From contig CAVUSI010000003.1 of the NCBI GenBank assembly GCA_963744115.1, forward strand, positions 1,480,932 to 1,544,931: a stretch of 64,000 bases of DNA. Reading direction: 5' to 3'. Positions 9,291 through 16,459 of the stretch are shown here, in pieces (within the stretch, counting starts at the first letter, position 1; every line of letters begins with the position of its first letter). Both the position numbers and the translations under genes were made by a program. The DNA comes from an uncultured Chloroflexia bacterium. Lineage in GTDB: Bacteria; Chloroflexota; Limnocylindria; Limnocylindrales; CSP1-4. The notes below the pieces were generated by a model. It did no database searches. It saw only the letters and a list, made by a program, of their open reading frames with translations, and was not told the DNA's origin.

Positions 9291-9557
9291 ATGAAGGGTG
9301 ATCGCGTCGAAGCGGTGGTCGACACCGGTCAGGGCGTTCAGACCTTCGACATCGTTGCGACCCGAGCGGGACGTCGGATCGAGGTCATCACCAGCCGTGG
9401 CGTGGTCGAGGTTCGCGAGGTCACGCGGACCGGGGTGCCGGTCAGGACGGGTCGGTTCATGACCTCCCGACTGATCGCCCTCGTGGAGCATCCGGCTGGT
9501 GACGCCAAGGGACGAGTCGAGGTATCGACCCGTCATCGTCTCGCGTCTGAGGGCTGA
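9291..9557 (+). CDS. hypothetical small beta-rich protein
   Basis: 88-aa ORF with coding-like third-position bias. Weak SD. No family recognised. Confidence 0.45.
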   Translation: MKGDRVEAVVDTGQGVQTFDIVATRAGRRIEVITSRGVVEVREVTRTGVPVRTGRFMTSRLIALVEHPAGDAKGRVEVSTRHRLASEG

Positions 9558-9653
9558 ACACCCAACCCCAGGCGCGACGACGACGGGTGCGACGACGAAA
9601 CGTCGGCGCGGCTTCGGTCACTCACCTTGAACGACTATGACCCCGAGATCGTC

Positions 9654-10160
9654 CTACGGCACCTGGTCGTGCCGCTCGAGGAAGTTGAGGAAGTCAAGCT
9701 CGCCGGGCGATCGACCGGCGAGCGAGAGGATGACGGCTGCGTCGCTGAACTGCTGGATCCCGTGCGCATACAGATGCTGGAGGTGGAACCAAAGCGGATG
9801 TGTGCCCCGCGATTCGACCTGGCAGGGTCCCTCCAGGTCGGCGTCGGAGATGTCCGCAATCCAGTCCCGCATCTCCGCCTCGTCGCGCACCCAACGCACG
9901 CGCAGGGACTCGAGCGTTGGGAAGTCGTCCGGCACCAGCTCGACATCGTCGGGCGGGAACGCGGTCCGGTCGTCGCCGCGCAGACGCTCCCGCCAGCTCC
10001 ATTCGACATCCAGCTCATGGACCAGCGTCGCCCGGAGGTCACGGAGGCTCGACGGGTGCGGATCCACGAATAGGACGGAGGGCGCATCGGCCGCTTCGAG
10101 GATCCGGTCGCGAACCCAGTAGAGATGGTCGAACAGGACGCGGACGTCGGAGTGGTTCAT
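9654..10160 (-). CDS. DinB-family (DinB_2-like) four-helix-bundle protein
   Basis: ORF 9654..10241 trimmed to the ATG at 10160 (MNHSDVRVLFDHLYWVRDRILEAA). Shows a typical DinB pattern (HLxW...; HELDVEWSW; HLYAHGIQ). Confidence 0.65.
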   Translation of the reverse strand: MNHSDVRVLFDHLYWVRDRILEAADAPSVLFVDPHPSSLRDLRATLVHELDVEWSWRERLRGDDRTAFPPDDVELVPDDFPTLESLRVRWVRDEAEMRDWIADISDADLEGPCQVESRGTHPLWFHLQHLYAHGIQQFSDAAVILSLAGRSPGELDFLNFLERHDQVP

Positions 10161-10297
10161 GAAGGCCAGTGTCCCATCCGGGCGATCGTGCCGCACGTCC
10201 CTTTCCTCACCTGGCGCTCCGCGCGGACCGCCGACGCTCATACCGACGACCGAAACCCCCGCAAGACGCGTTACCCCGACCGGGCGATCAGCGGGAG

Positions 10298-10402
10298 GAC
10301 GAGGGATGCGCGAACGTCTATGAGGTCGCTCCGGGCCGGTACTACCTCGACGTCATGGCGCCGAGTGGGAGCTGGTCCGTCGTCCTGACGTTGCAGCCAT
10401 GA
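10298..10402 (+). pseudogene. C-terminal remnant related to the lipoprotein at 32483..32896
   Basis: ...VAPGRYYLDVMAPSGSWSVVLTLQP* resembles the C-terminus FPASYRLVVKSTKCGSWSVGLDRP* of the 32483 lipoprotein. There is no signal peptide or plausible N-terminus upstream. Confidence 0.3.
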
Positions 10403-10412
10403 CGTTGCAGCA
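10386..10412. repeat. tandem duplication tgacgttgcagc(ca)/tgacgttgcagc(a)
   Basis: Two adjacent copies sit at 10386..10399 and 10400..10412, spanning the stop codon of the remnant ORF. Confidence 0.85.
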
Positions 10413-10517
10413 TGAGGGCCCTGGTGGCGCGCTGGTCCGTACGTTCTCGATGACCACCAGGGTCTACTTGTTCGTGACGTACGAGCCGATAGAAGCGCCT
10501 GAGAAGGCGAGCCTGTC

Positions 10518-10676
10518 GTGAGCGAGAAGAAGCAGCGCGACCCGTGGATCGTGCCTCGTGGTCCGGAGCCGTTCCTGCAACGGGTGCCGGTCTGGGTGTG
10601 GATGCTGATCGCCGGCGTGGTGATGGCCACCATGTTCGGCTGGGGCCAACTCGACATCGCGGACATGAAGCCATGA
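10518..10676 (+). CDS. possible 52-aa single-TM mini-protein
   Basis: GTG start at 10518 with GAAGG upstream. Product is (M)SEKKQRDPWIVPRGPEPFLQRVPVWVWMLIAGVVMATMFGWGQLDIADMKP. Shares 4-nt overlaps with mini-ORFs on both sides. Below the ORF-track size cutoff. Confidence 0.3.
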   Translation: MSEKKQRDPWIVPRGPEPFLQRVPVWVWMLIAGVVMATMFGWGQLDIADMKP

Positions 10677-10978
10677 GGCGCGAGCGGTTCCCGGTGGGCG
10701 TGGCCGAGGCGGAAGTGGCACGGGCCGGCCGCCAGGCTTGAGGCAGACGCCTCGTCACCCCGTCCCAGGTCGCGCTGACCATGGACGACCCGGACGGTCA
10801 GGGCCTCGCTGAGTGCACGCTGATTCTTGCCCTGTTCGCCATCGCCGGCTCCGCGCGTTCGCTCTGTCGTGACAGCGAGCGGACGGCGACCGGGGGTGAC
10901 CACAATTCTGTCCACAGTTTGACTGGACTCGGCCGGACGGATTGGACCCTGGTAAGCACGAACGACGGCCCTTAGCCG

Positions 10979-11025
10979 CTCGTGAGCGTGCTCCGGTCCT
11001 TACACGATCTTCGGCGACGAGCCGG
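10979..11025. repeat. 47-bp direct repeat, left copy (DR1)
   Basis: ctcgtgagcgtgctccggtccttacacgatcttcggcgacgagccgg matches 13230..13276 at 45 of 47 positions and contains the aldH 3'-end core. Confidence 0.9.
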
Positions 11026-11119
11026 AGTACCGCGCCAAATCCGAGCGTAAAGGAGGCTGACGGGACCTTCCGCGGGCGCACGCTGCCACCAGCGGACGCG
11101 GAGCGGCCGGGGCGTGCCG

Positions 11120-11614
11120 TCAATGCACGACTTGACCATGGTGAGGTGATCCGCGAGGTCGAAGCACGTAGCCGACCACGAGGATGGCGACCGATATCAC
11201 GGCCCACATGACCATCCCGTTGATACCTGGAGCCCATGGCATGTAGCAGGTGGCTTCGCTTGGCGAACAATCCCAGTCCTCGACGGAGGGGTGCGAAGGG
11301 TAGGTCCCGAGGGCCGCGAACATGAGGGTCCAGCCGATGAGCGCGATCAGCTCTGGCCGCTTGCCCCTGAAGCGGACGAGGCCGCCGATGGCCAGGGTGA
11401 TGGCAGCCGCGAGGACCAGCTTCGCGAAGTACGGTCCCTCGTTGTCACGGACCACGCCACAGATCGTGTAACCGGCGAACGGCCCGCTCTCAACGGTGCC
11501 GACGCACTTGCCGATGTGCCCGCCAAGGGAGGCGACCCCAACGACCGCCAGGGCCACGACGCCAACGGCTACGACGGCGATCAGGACATCTCGCCAGGGA
11601 CGTGGGGTATCCAT
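11120..11614 (-). CDS. 4-TM cysteine-pair membrane protein, paralog A (uncharacterised family)
   Basis: ORF 11120..12064 trimmed to the ATG at 11614 (MDTPRPWRDV). 164 aa. Paralogous to the next two genes (RFRGKRPEL loop; DCSPSEATCYMPWAPGINGMVMW; GYVLR). Confidence 0.65.
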   Translation of the reverse strand: MDTPRPWRDVLIAVVAVGVVALAVVGVASLGGHIGKCVGTVESGPFAGYTICGVVRDNEGPYFAKLVLAAAITLAIGGLVRFRGKRPELIALIGWTLMFAALGTYPSHPSVEDWDCSPSEATCYMPWAPGINGMVMWAVISVAILVVGYVLRPRGSPHHGQVVH

Positions 11615-11618
11615 GCCC

Positions 11619-12179
11619 TCAGCCGGTCGCCGGGTGTACTTCGACCCGGCTGCCCTGATGTCGGAGCAGGTAGCCCATCCCGAGGATGGCCAGGGAGACC
11701 AAGAGCCACAGAGCCATCCGGTCCCAGCCAGGAACCCACGGAAGGAAGCACTGACCCAGCGGCTCCTCCTCGATGAAGCCCGGGTTGAGGCCGGCGATGC
11801 AGACGCGGTCCGATAAGGCGTAGTTCGGGGTAGAGGCGGAGTGCCAGAAGCCGATCGTCCATCCCAGGAAAGCCAGCAGTTCGGGCCTGGACCTCCCGAA
11901 CCGGGCGGAGAGCCGGGCGGCGTACGCGAGGGCGACGAGGACGCTCGCCCCGAGGATGAGGCCCATGATCCCTTGCAAGTCGCCCGTTCCAGGGTCCACT
12001 TGACGGTCACAGAAGGCCCAGCCTGCCCCCTCCTGTCCGCTTGGGGCGATGACACAGCCACCACCGACGTGGCCGTTGAGGATGCTGAGCGGGAAGACCC
12101 AGACGAACAGGACGACCAAGACGGCCAGTGCGACGTCGTTGAGCGGGACGATCTCGCGCCAGGAGCGCACGGTATCCAT
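11619..12179 (-). CDS. 4-TM cysteine-pair membrane protein, paralog B
   Basis: 186-aa ORF (MDTVRSWREI; RFGRSRPEL; CFLPWVPGWDRMALW; GYLLR). Its stop lies 4 nt before the start of paralog A. Confidence 0.7.
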   Translation of the reverse strand: MDTVRSWREIVPLNDVALAVLVVLFVWVFPLSILNGHVGGGCVIAPSGQEGAGWAFCDRQVDPGTGDLQGIMGLILGASVLVALAYAARLSARFGRSRPELLAFLGWTIGFWHSASTPNYALSDRVCIAGLNPGFIEEEPLGQCFLPWVPGWDRMALWLLVSLAILGMGYLLRHQGSRVEVHPATG

Positions 12180-12182
12180 GCG

Positions 12183-12707
12183 CTAGACCGGTTGTGTATC
12201 CATCTGGCGTGACCACCCTCGCCGGAATAGGTAGCCCGTCACGAGGATGGCCACCGACACCACGGCCCAGAGGGCCATCCGGTCCCAGCCAGGAACCCAC
12301 GCGATGTAGCAGGTCCCAAGTGCGGGCACACCCGCGTCGTCGGGCCCGCAGGCCCTGGGCGCAGCGTTGAAGGACACGGGGCTGAAGACGACGTAGGCGA
12401 ACCCGACCGTCCAGGCCACGAGGGCGACGAGGTCGATCCGGGGTCTCCTGACCCGCGCGGCATAGGACATCGCAAGGATGACGGTCGAGATGAAGACGAG
12501 TCGGGCCACGATGGCCAGCGCGCTCGAATGCGGGTCGGTGAGGTACGAGAGGACGTACCCGGCGTACGGCCCACTCGTCTCGACAGATGGCGCCAGGATC
12601 TTGTGGATACGCCCCCCAAGCCCGAACAAGATCGCGACCGGGAATGCCACAACGAAGGCAAGGACCGTCCACGGGACGATCGACCGCCAGGGGCGTGGGG
12701 TAACCAT
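12183..12707 (-). CDS. 4-TM cysteine-pair membrane protein, paralog C
   Basis: ORF 12183..12827 trimmed to the ATG at 12707 (MVTPRPWRSI). 174 aa (RVRRPRIDL; CYIAWVPGWDRMALW; GYLFR). Its stop lies 3 nt before the start of paralog B. Confidence 0.65.
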   Translation of the reverse strand: MVTPRPWRSIVPWTVLAFVVAFPVAILFGLGGRIHKILAPSVETSGPYAGYVLSYLTDPHSSALAIVARLVFISTVILAMSYAARVRRPRIDLVALVAWTVGFAYVVFSPVSFNAAPRACGPDDAGVPALGTCYIAWVPGWDRMALWAVVSVAILVTGYLFRRGWSRQMDTQPV

Positions 12708-12713
12708 GCGCCG

Positions 12714-12719
12714 ATCATA
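12714..12719 (-). promoter_or_regulatory. candidate -10 box (TATGAT) for a leaderless transcript of paralog C
   Basis: On the minus strand the sequence reads cacc-TATGAT-cggcgc-ATG. No SD is present. The spacing fits transcription starting at or next to the ATG. Confidence 0.3.
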
Positions 12720-13009
12720 GGTGGCGCTGGAGCCCGTCGACATGGTCAGGAGGTACCGGGCGCCGGGAGTCGTGGACCCATCGGCAAGAGGCTGCCGAGG
12801 TCTGCCTGAATCCCTGGCTAAGCACACTCTTGCGGGACTGGTGGTCGTCGCTTCCGATCCGGTCGCCCCGATGAGCGAACCCGGACCCTTGCGGACCGTG
12901 CTTCAGAGTGTCACCTTGCCGACATCCGTTCGGTGATGCAGGAGCCGTCGACGGACCTCCCGGGCGCTGTACCATCGCGCCGCCAGACTCATCACGAAGG
13001 AGTTCGACG

Positions 13010-13207
13010 ATGCCCGACCCGACCCAGGGGCCCATCGATCCGGCCACCGACACCGATGAGAACGACACTGAGGGACAGGCGTTCACGTGGACCGTGGTGG
13101 ATGACCCTGCGCGGGGTCGGCACCTTCGTCAGTCCTGGACACCGGACGATCCCAAGGACGTCGTCACGAGCAAGAATCTCAACGCCAAGGATGGCGCCAG
13201 GCGCTGA
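13010..13207 (+). CDS. small acidic hypothetical protein (65 aa)
   Basis: ORF 12908..13207 trimmed to the ATG at 13010, which is preceded by GAAGGAG with a 7-nt spacer. Product starts MPDPTQGPIDPATDTDENDTEGQAF... Divergent from the three-paralog operon. Confidence 0.6.
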   Translation: MPDPTQGPIDPATDTDENDTEGQAFTWTVVDDPARGRHLRQSWTPDDPKDVVTSKNLNAKDGARR

Positions 13208-13229
13208 ATCCGCCGACGGTCTGTATGCC

Positions 13230-13276
13230 CTCGTGAGCGTGCTCCGGTCCTGACACGATCTTCGGCGACAAGCCGG
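13230..13276. repeat. 47-bp direct repeat, right copy (DR2)
   Basis: ctcgtgagcgtgctccggtcctgacacgatcttcggcgacaagccgg. Begins 22 nt after the stop of the 13010 gene. Confidence 0.9.
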
Positions 13277-13335
13277 GATCGGCGTCGGCCGCGAGCATAC
13301 TTGTCGCCCATCCAGTTCCCGAAGGAGGGCCCGAC

Positions 13336-13722
13336 ATGTCAACGGAGCAGAACGAGGCTGTCGTCCGCCGCTTCATGACCGAGGTTCTGCAGGGAGGCAA
13401 CCTCGACGTGCTCGACGAGGTGCTGGCCCCGACCTACGTCAACCCCGCGATGGGCGGTGCCGACCTGGCGGGCTTCAAGGCGATCTTGACCGGGATGGCG
13501 GCTTCCGCGGTCGGCATGCGGTTCACCATCCAGGACCTCGTAGCGGATGGAGATGCGGTGGTCGCTCGCTTCACCGTCGAGATCACTCGAGCAGATGGGG
13601 AGAAGCTGCCGGCCCACGGGCTCACCTACTACCGTCTAGCCGATGGCAAGATCGTCGAGGACGACCCATTCACGAGGCCCGATCTCGCGCAGCTCCTGGG
13701 CATGACGCCGCCCGGCGCCTGA
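13336..13722 (+). CDS. SnoaL-like / ester cyclase (NTF2 superfamily) protein
   Basis: 128-aa ORF preceded by GAAGGAGG. N-terminus is typical of the family (QNEAVVRRFMTEVLQGGNLDVLDEVLAPTYV...; ...GLTYYRLADGKIVED). Confidence 0.75.
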   Translation: MSTEQNEAVVRRFMTEVLQGGNLDVLDEVLAPTYVNPAMGGADLAGFKAILTGMAASAVGMRFTIQDLVADGDAVVARFTVEITRADGEKLPAHGLTYYRLADGKIVEDDPFTRPDLAQLLGMTPPGA

Positions 13723-13793
13723 CCCAAGGTAGGACGACCGCGCCGCTCGGGTGGGACGGATCCGCCGCAGGTCGCGCTCCTGCCGAGGAACGC

Positions 13794-14159
13794 CTAGGCC
13801 TTCGGGTCGAAGATGGTGGCGTCGACCACGTTCTTCAGGAGGGCATTGCTCCACGGCGCAGCGAGATCCGTATCCCAGAACGCGCTCCACTCGGCGGTGA
13901 GCTTCGCGGACGCGCTGTCGGGGTCCCTGGCATCCGACGCCTGGACGTCCATCGCTCCGTAGCTGTCGATCTCGTAGATCGCCCGGTATGCGCCCGCGTT
14001 CTTCTCGGAGCTCAGCACGACGACGAACGTCCCGATGTAACGGGTGCCCTTCGGCTGCGATCTGACGAGACCGTCGTGGTTCTCGATGAGCCATTTCTGG
14101 TGCGCCACCTCTTGCCCGACCTTCACGGTGAAGCCGTACTCCTGGATGAACCGCATCAC
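13794..14159 (-). CDS. hypothetical protein
   Basis: 121-aa ORF with coding-like composition. No motif recognised. Confidence 0.5.
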   Translation of the reverse strand: MMRFIQEYGFTVKVGQEVAHQKWLIENHDGLVRSQPKGTRYIGTFVVVLSSEKNAGAYRAIYEIDSYGAMDVQASDARDPDSASAKLTAEWSAFWDTDLAAPWSNALLKNVVDATIFDPKA

Positions 14160-14314
14160 GAACCCTCCTCAGTGCTAGTCCCGACAGTCTGAGGGCGACG
14201 CGTCTCGCCCGTCTCCCGCCACGATGTGCCAAGCGGCTCTGGCGTCCGCGTGCCGTCGCGGCGGAGACTGGGCCTACGCTCTATGAAGCTGACTCGACCG
14301 ATCGAGGAGGAAGC

Positions 14315-14542
14315 ATGGCCAGCGACAAGAAGGGTCTGCTCCGGCGACTGGTCGACGGGGTCGTGGGCCTTCTGCCCGACGGCGGGATCGGAAGCCAGGG
14401 CTCGGCTCCGGATATCGACGGCAAGCGCGACACGGACACCGCCTATCGGCAGTCCGTCCTCCGGGCCAAGTCCCAGATGTCCCCGGACGGGAAGGGCACC
14501 ACGAGCTACGAACCCGTCGATCGAAGTCCCAAGCCGGACTGA
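14315..14542 (+). CDS. hypothetical small protein
   Basis: 75-aa ORF preceded by GAGGAGGAAGC-ATG. High GC3. Preferred over the overlapping ORF 14226..14882, whose N-terminal half looks non-coding. Confidence 0.55.
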   Translation: MASDKKGLLRRLVDGVVGLLPDGGIGSQGSAPDIDGKRDTDTAYRQSVLRAKSQMSPDGKGTTSYEPVDRSPKPD

Positions 14543-14630
14543 CCTGGGCGCGGCGCCGGAGGAGACGACCGCAGGCGCCGACCGCGCTCTGCGCACGGGT
14601 CGGTGGCGCCCAGGGACTAGGATGCAACGC

Positions 14631-14882
14631 ATGACCGGACATGAGCGCATCCTGCTCGACTTCCGGGGCGGTCCTCGAGATGGCGTCCAGAAGGATCTCG
14701 GGGAATCGACCGCAGGATTGTGGCCCGCCGAGTATGTGGTCCATCGGTGGCCCTCGACCGAGGGTCCATTGACGAGCCGCGAAGCGATCGTGGGCCGCTA
14801 CCTCCGGACCGACCAGTGGACCGCGAACGTCGAGGCCCGGATCTACGTCTGGCAACCGGAGCCGGAGCCCACGGGCAGCTAG
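14631..14882 (+). CDS. hypothetical small protein
   Basis: This is the 3' part of ORF 14226..14882, starting at ATG 14631 (or 14622). Product is MTGHERILLDFRGGPRDGVQKDL...IYVWQPEPEP. Confidence 0.45.
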   Translation: MTGHERILLDFRGGPRDGVQKDLGESTAGLWPAEYVVHRWPSTEGPLTSREAIVGRYLRTDQWTANVEARIYVWQPEPEPTGS

Positions 14883-15019
14883 GCGTCTGGCTCCGACGCA
14901 GCCGATCCAGGTCGTCGCGAGACGGCGCGGATACGGGGCAGGACTACCGTGCCGACAGTCGACGGCCGGACGCAGGACTCCTCGAGGACCCGCCACGGAC
15001 GCCGCGGAGAGGATCGGAG

Positions 15020-15418
15020 ATGGAGACCGCCGTCAAGGGGACGACCGGGATCGCGATGGACTCGGACACCGCGACCTTCACGAAGTGGATGGTCGGCGAA
15101 GGGCCCGAGATGGCCGGCAAGGTCGGCGGAGCTGCCGGCGAAGGCGCGTACGCAGGCAAGGTCCTCGACTACAACCCGGGTCCGACGACGATGATCGAGG
15201 CGAGGTACCAGTTCAAGGGCTCGGCCCATCCCTTCACGGCCCTCGTCCATGTCGAGCAGACCGGCCTGGAGGCCGTGATCACCGGCGTGGTCACCGACGG
15301 ATGGCGGAAGGGCAGCCCGGTCAAGGGCAGGTACGCCGAGATCAAATGCGACCACGACGGCATCACCACGGACTGCTGGCAGGGCTCGCTCGAGATCGAG
15401 GGTGACGCCGTGGGCTGA
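15020..15418 (+). CDS. hypothetical protein
   Basis: ORF 14720..15418 trimmed to the ATG at 15020, which follows GGAGAGGATCGGAG. 132 aa. No motif recognised. Confidence 0.5.
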   Translation: METAVKGTTGIAMDSDTATFTKWMVGEGPEMAGKVGGAAGEGAYAGKVLDYNPGPTTMIEARYQFKGSAHPFTALVHVEQTGLEAVITGVVTDGWRKGSPVKGRYAEIKCDHDGITTDCWQGSLEIEGDAVG

Positions 15419-15610
15419 CCAACGAGCGTGCCGGCCACGGGCAAGCCGGCACGCCCAGGCGCCCTGGCCAGGTCGCCGGAGCACCCGCTCGTCTCGTCGG
15501 CGGTGACGGGACCAGATCGACCGGATCGGACTCCTGTAGGCTCGCGGGATGACCCGATCGCCGTCGCGCACGCCCGTCGATCCCGGTCGGATCCGCGTCG
15601 AACCGCGAGC

Positions 15611-16456
15611 GTGACCCCGACCGGAGTCGGGTTCGGGGTGGGTGCCGCGCTGAGCTGGGGGGTCAGCGACTTCAGCGCGGGAGTCGCGAGCCGCCGAGCG
15701 ACGCCGCTGTCCACGGTCGTGGTCTCGCAGACGGTCGGGGTGACCGTCGCGATCATCGCCCTCGGGGTGTTCGGCGAACGGTATCCGGGCGGCGAGCCGA
15801 TCGGCTGGGCCATCGTCGCCGGAGTCGCGGCCTTCGTCTCGCTGGTCAGCTTCTACCGCAGCCTGACGTACGGGGCGATGGGACTCGCCGCTGCCCTCAC
15901 CGGGGTGATCGGCGCAGGATTCCCGGTCGTCATCGGCGCGATCACGGGCGACCGGCTCCGACCGACGGACGTGCTGGGGATCGCCGTCGCCCTCGTCGCG
16001 GTCGTGCTCGTGGCCAGGCCGGCCAACGACATCGGGATCGGACGCGCGAGCCTGCCATTCGCGCTCCTGGCCGGACTCGGGGCCGGCGTGTTCTTCATCG
16101 CGATGGGTCGGAGCACCGCGGCGGGCGGGGAGACGTGGTGGCCGGTGGCGATCAGCCGGGCGATCGTGCTCGGCCTCGCGGTGATCACGACGATCGGCCT
16201 GCGCCGGGCGGAGACGACCGTCCGAAGTGCGACCCCGCTGATGGCGCTCATCGGCATCGGCGACATGCTCGGGACCGCGTTGTTCGTCGCGTCGACCGGG
16301 TTGGGCGCCCTTGGTGTCAGCGCGGTCGTGGCATCGCAGTACCCGGCCGTGACCGCCGTCCTCGCGCGAGTGCTCGCCGACGAGCGGCTCGCACCGACGC
16401 ACGTCGCCGGGATCGTCCTGGCGTTGGCCGCGATCGGCCTGATCGCGCTGCCCTGA
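15611..16456 (+). CDS. EamA/DMT-family transporter
   Basis: ORF 15428..16456 trimmed to the GTG at 15611. Ten hydrophobic helices arranged as two EamA-like halves (ALSWGVSDFSAG...; VVASQYPAVTAVLARVLADERL). Confidence 0.75.
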   Translation: MTPTGVGFGVGAALSWGVSDFSAGVASRRATPLSTVVVSQTVGVTVAIIALGVFGERYPGGEPIGWAIVAGVAAFVSLVSFYRSLTYGAMGLAAALTGVIGAGFPVVIGAITGDRLRPTDVLGIAVALVAVVLVARPANDIGIGRASLPFALLAGLGAGVFFIAMGRSTAAGGETWWPVAISRAIVLGLAVITTIGLRRAETTVRSATPLMALIGIGDMLGTALFVASTGLGALGVSAVVASQYPAVTAVLARVLADERLAPTHVAGIVLALAAIGLIALP

Positions 16457-16459
16457 CGG

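Noticed and set aside
10917-10960. A TTGACT -35-like hexamer in the AT-richer patch before DR1.
   Set aside because: There is no acceptable -10 at the right spacing and nothing downstream on that strand to transcribe.
10979-11025. The 47-bp repeats as integron attC sites.
   Set aside because: I see no imperfect inverted-repeat structure with RYYYAAC/GTTRRRY cores. There is no intI nearby, and the repeats are direct copies of one another.
15428-15610. A long N-terminal extension of the EamA ORF, and similar 5' extensions in the ORF track (for example 36419, 38377, 41517, 43956, 45386 and 57458).
   Set aside because: The extensions are Arg/Pro-rich and lack homology. They often overlap the preceding gene. 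Internal starts with SDs or 4-nt overlaps fit better.
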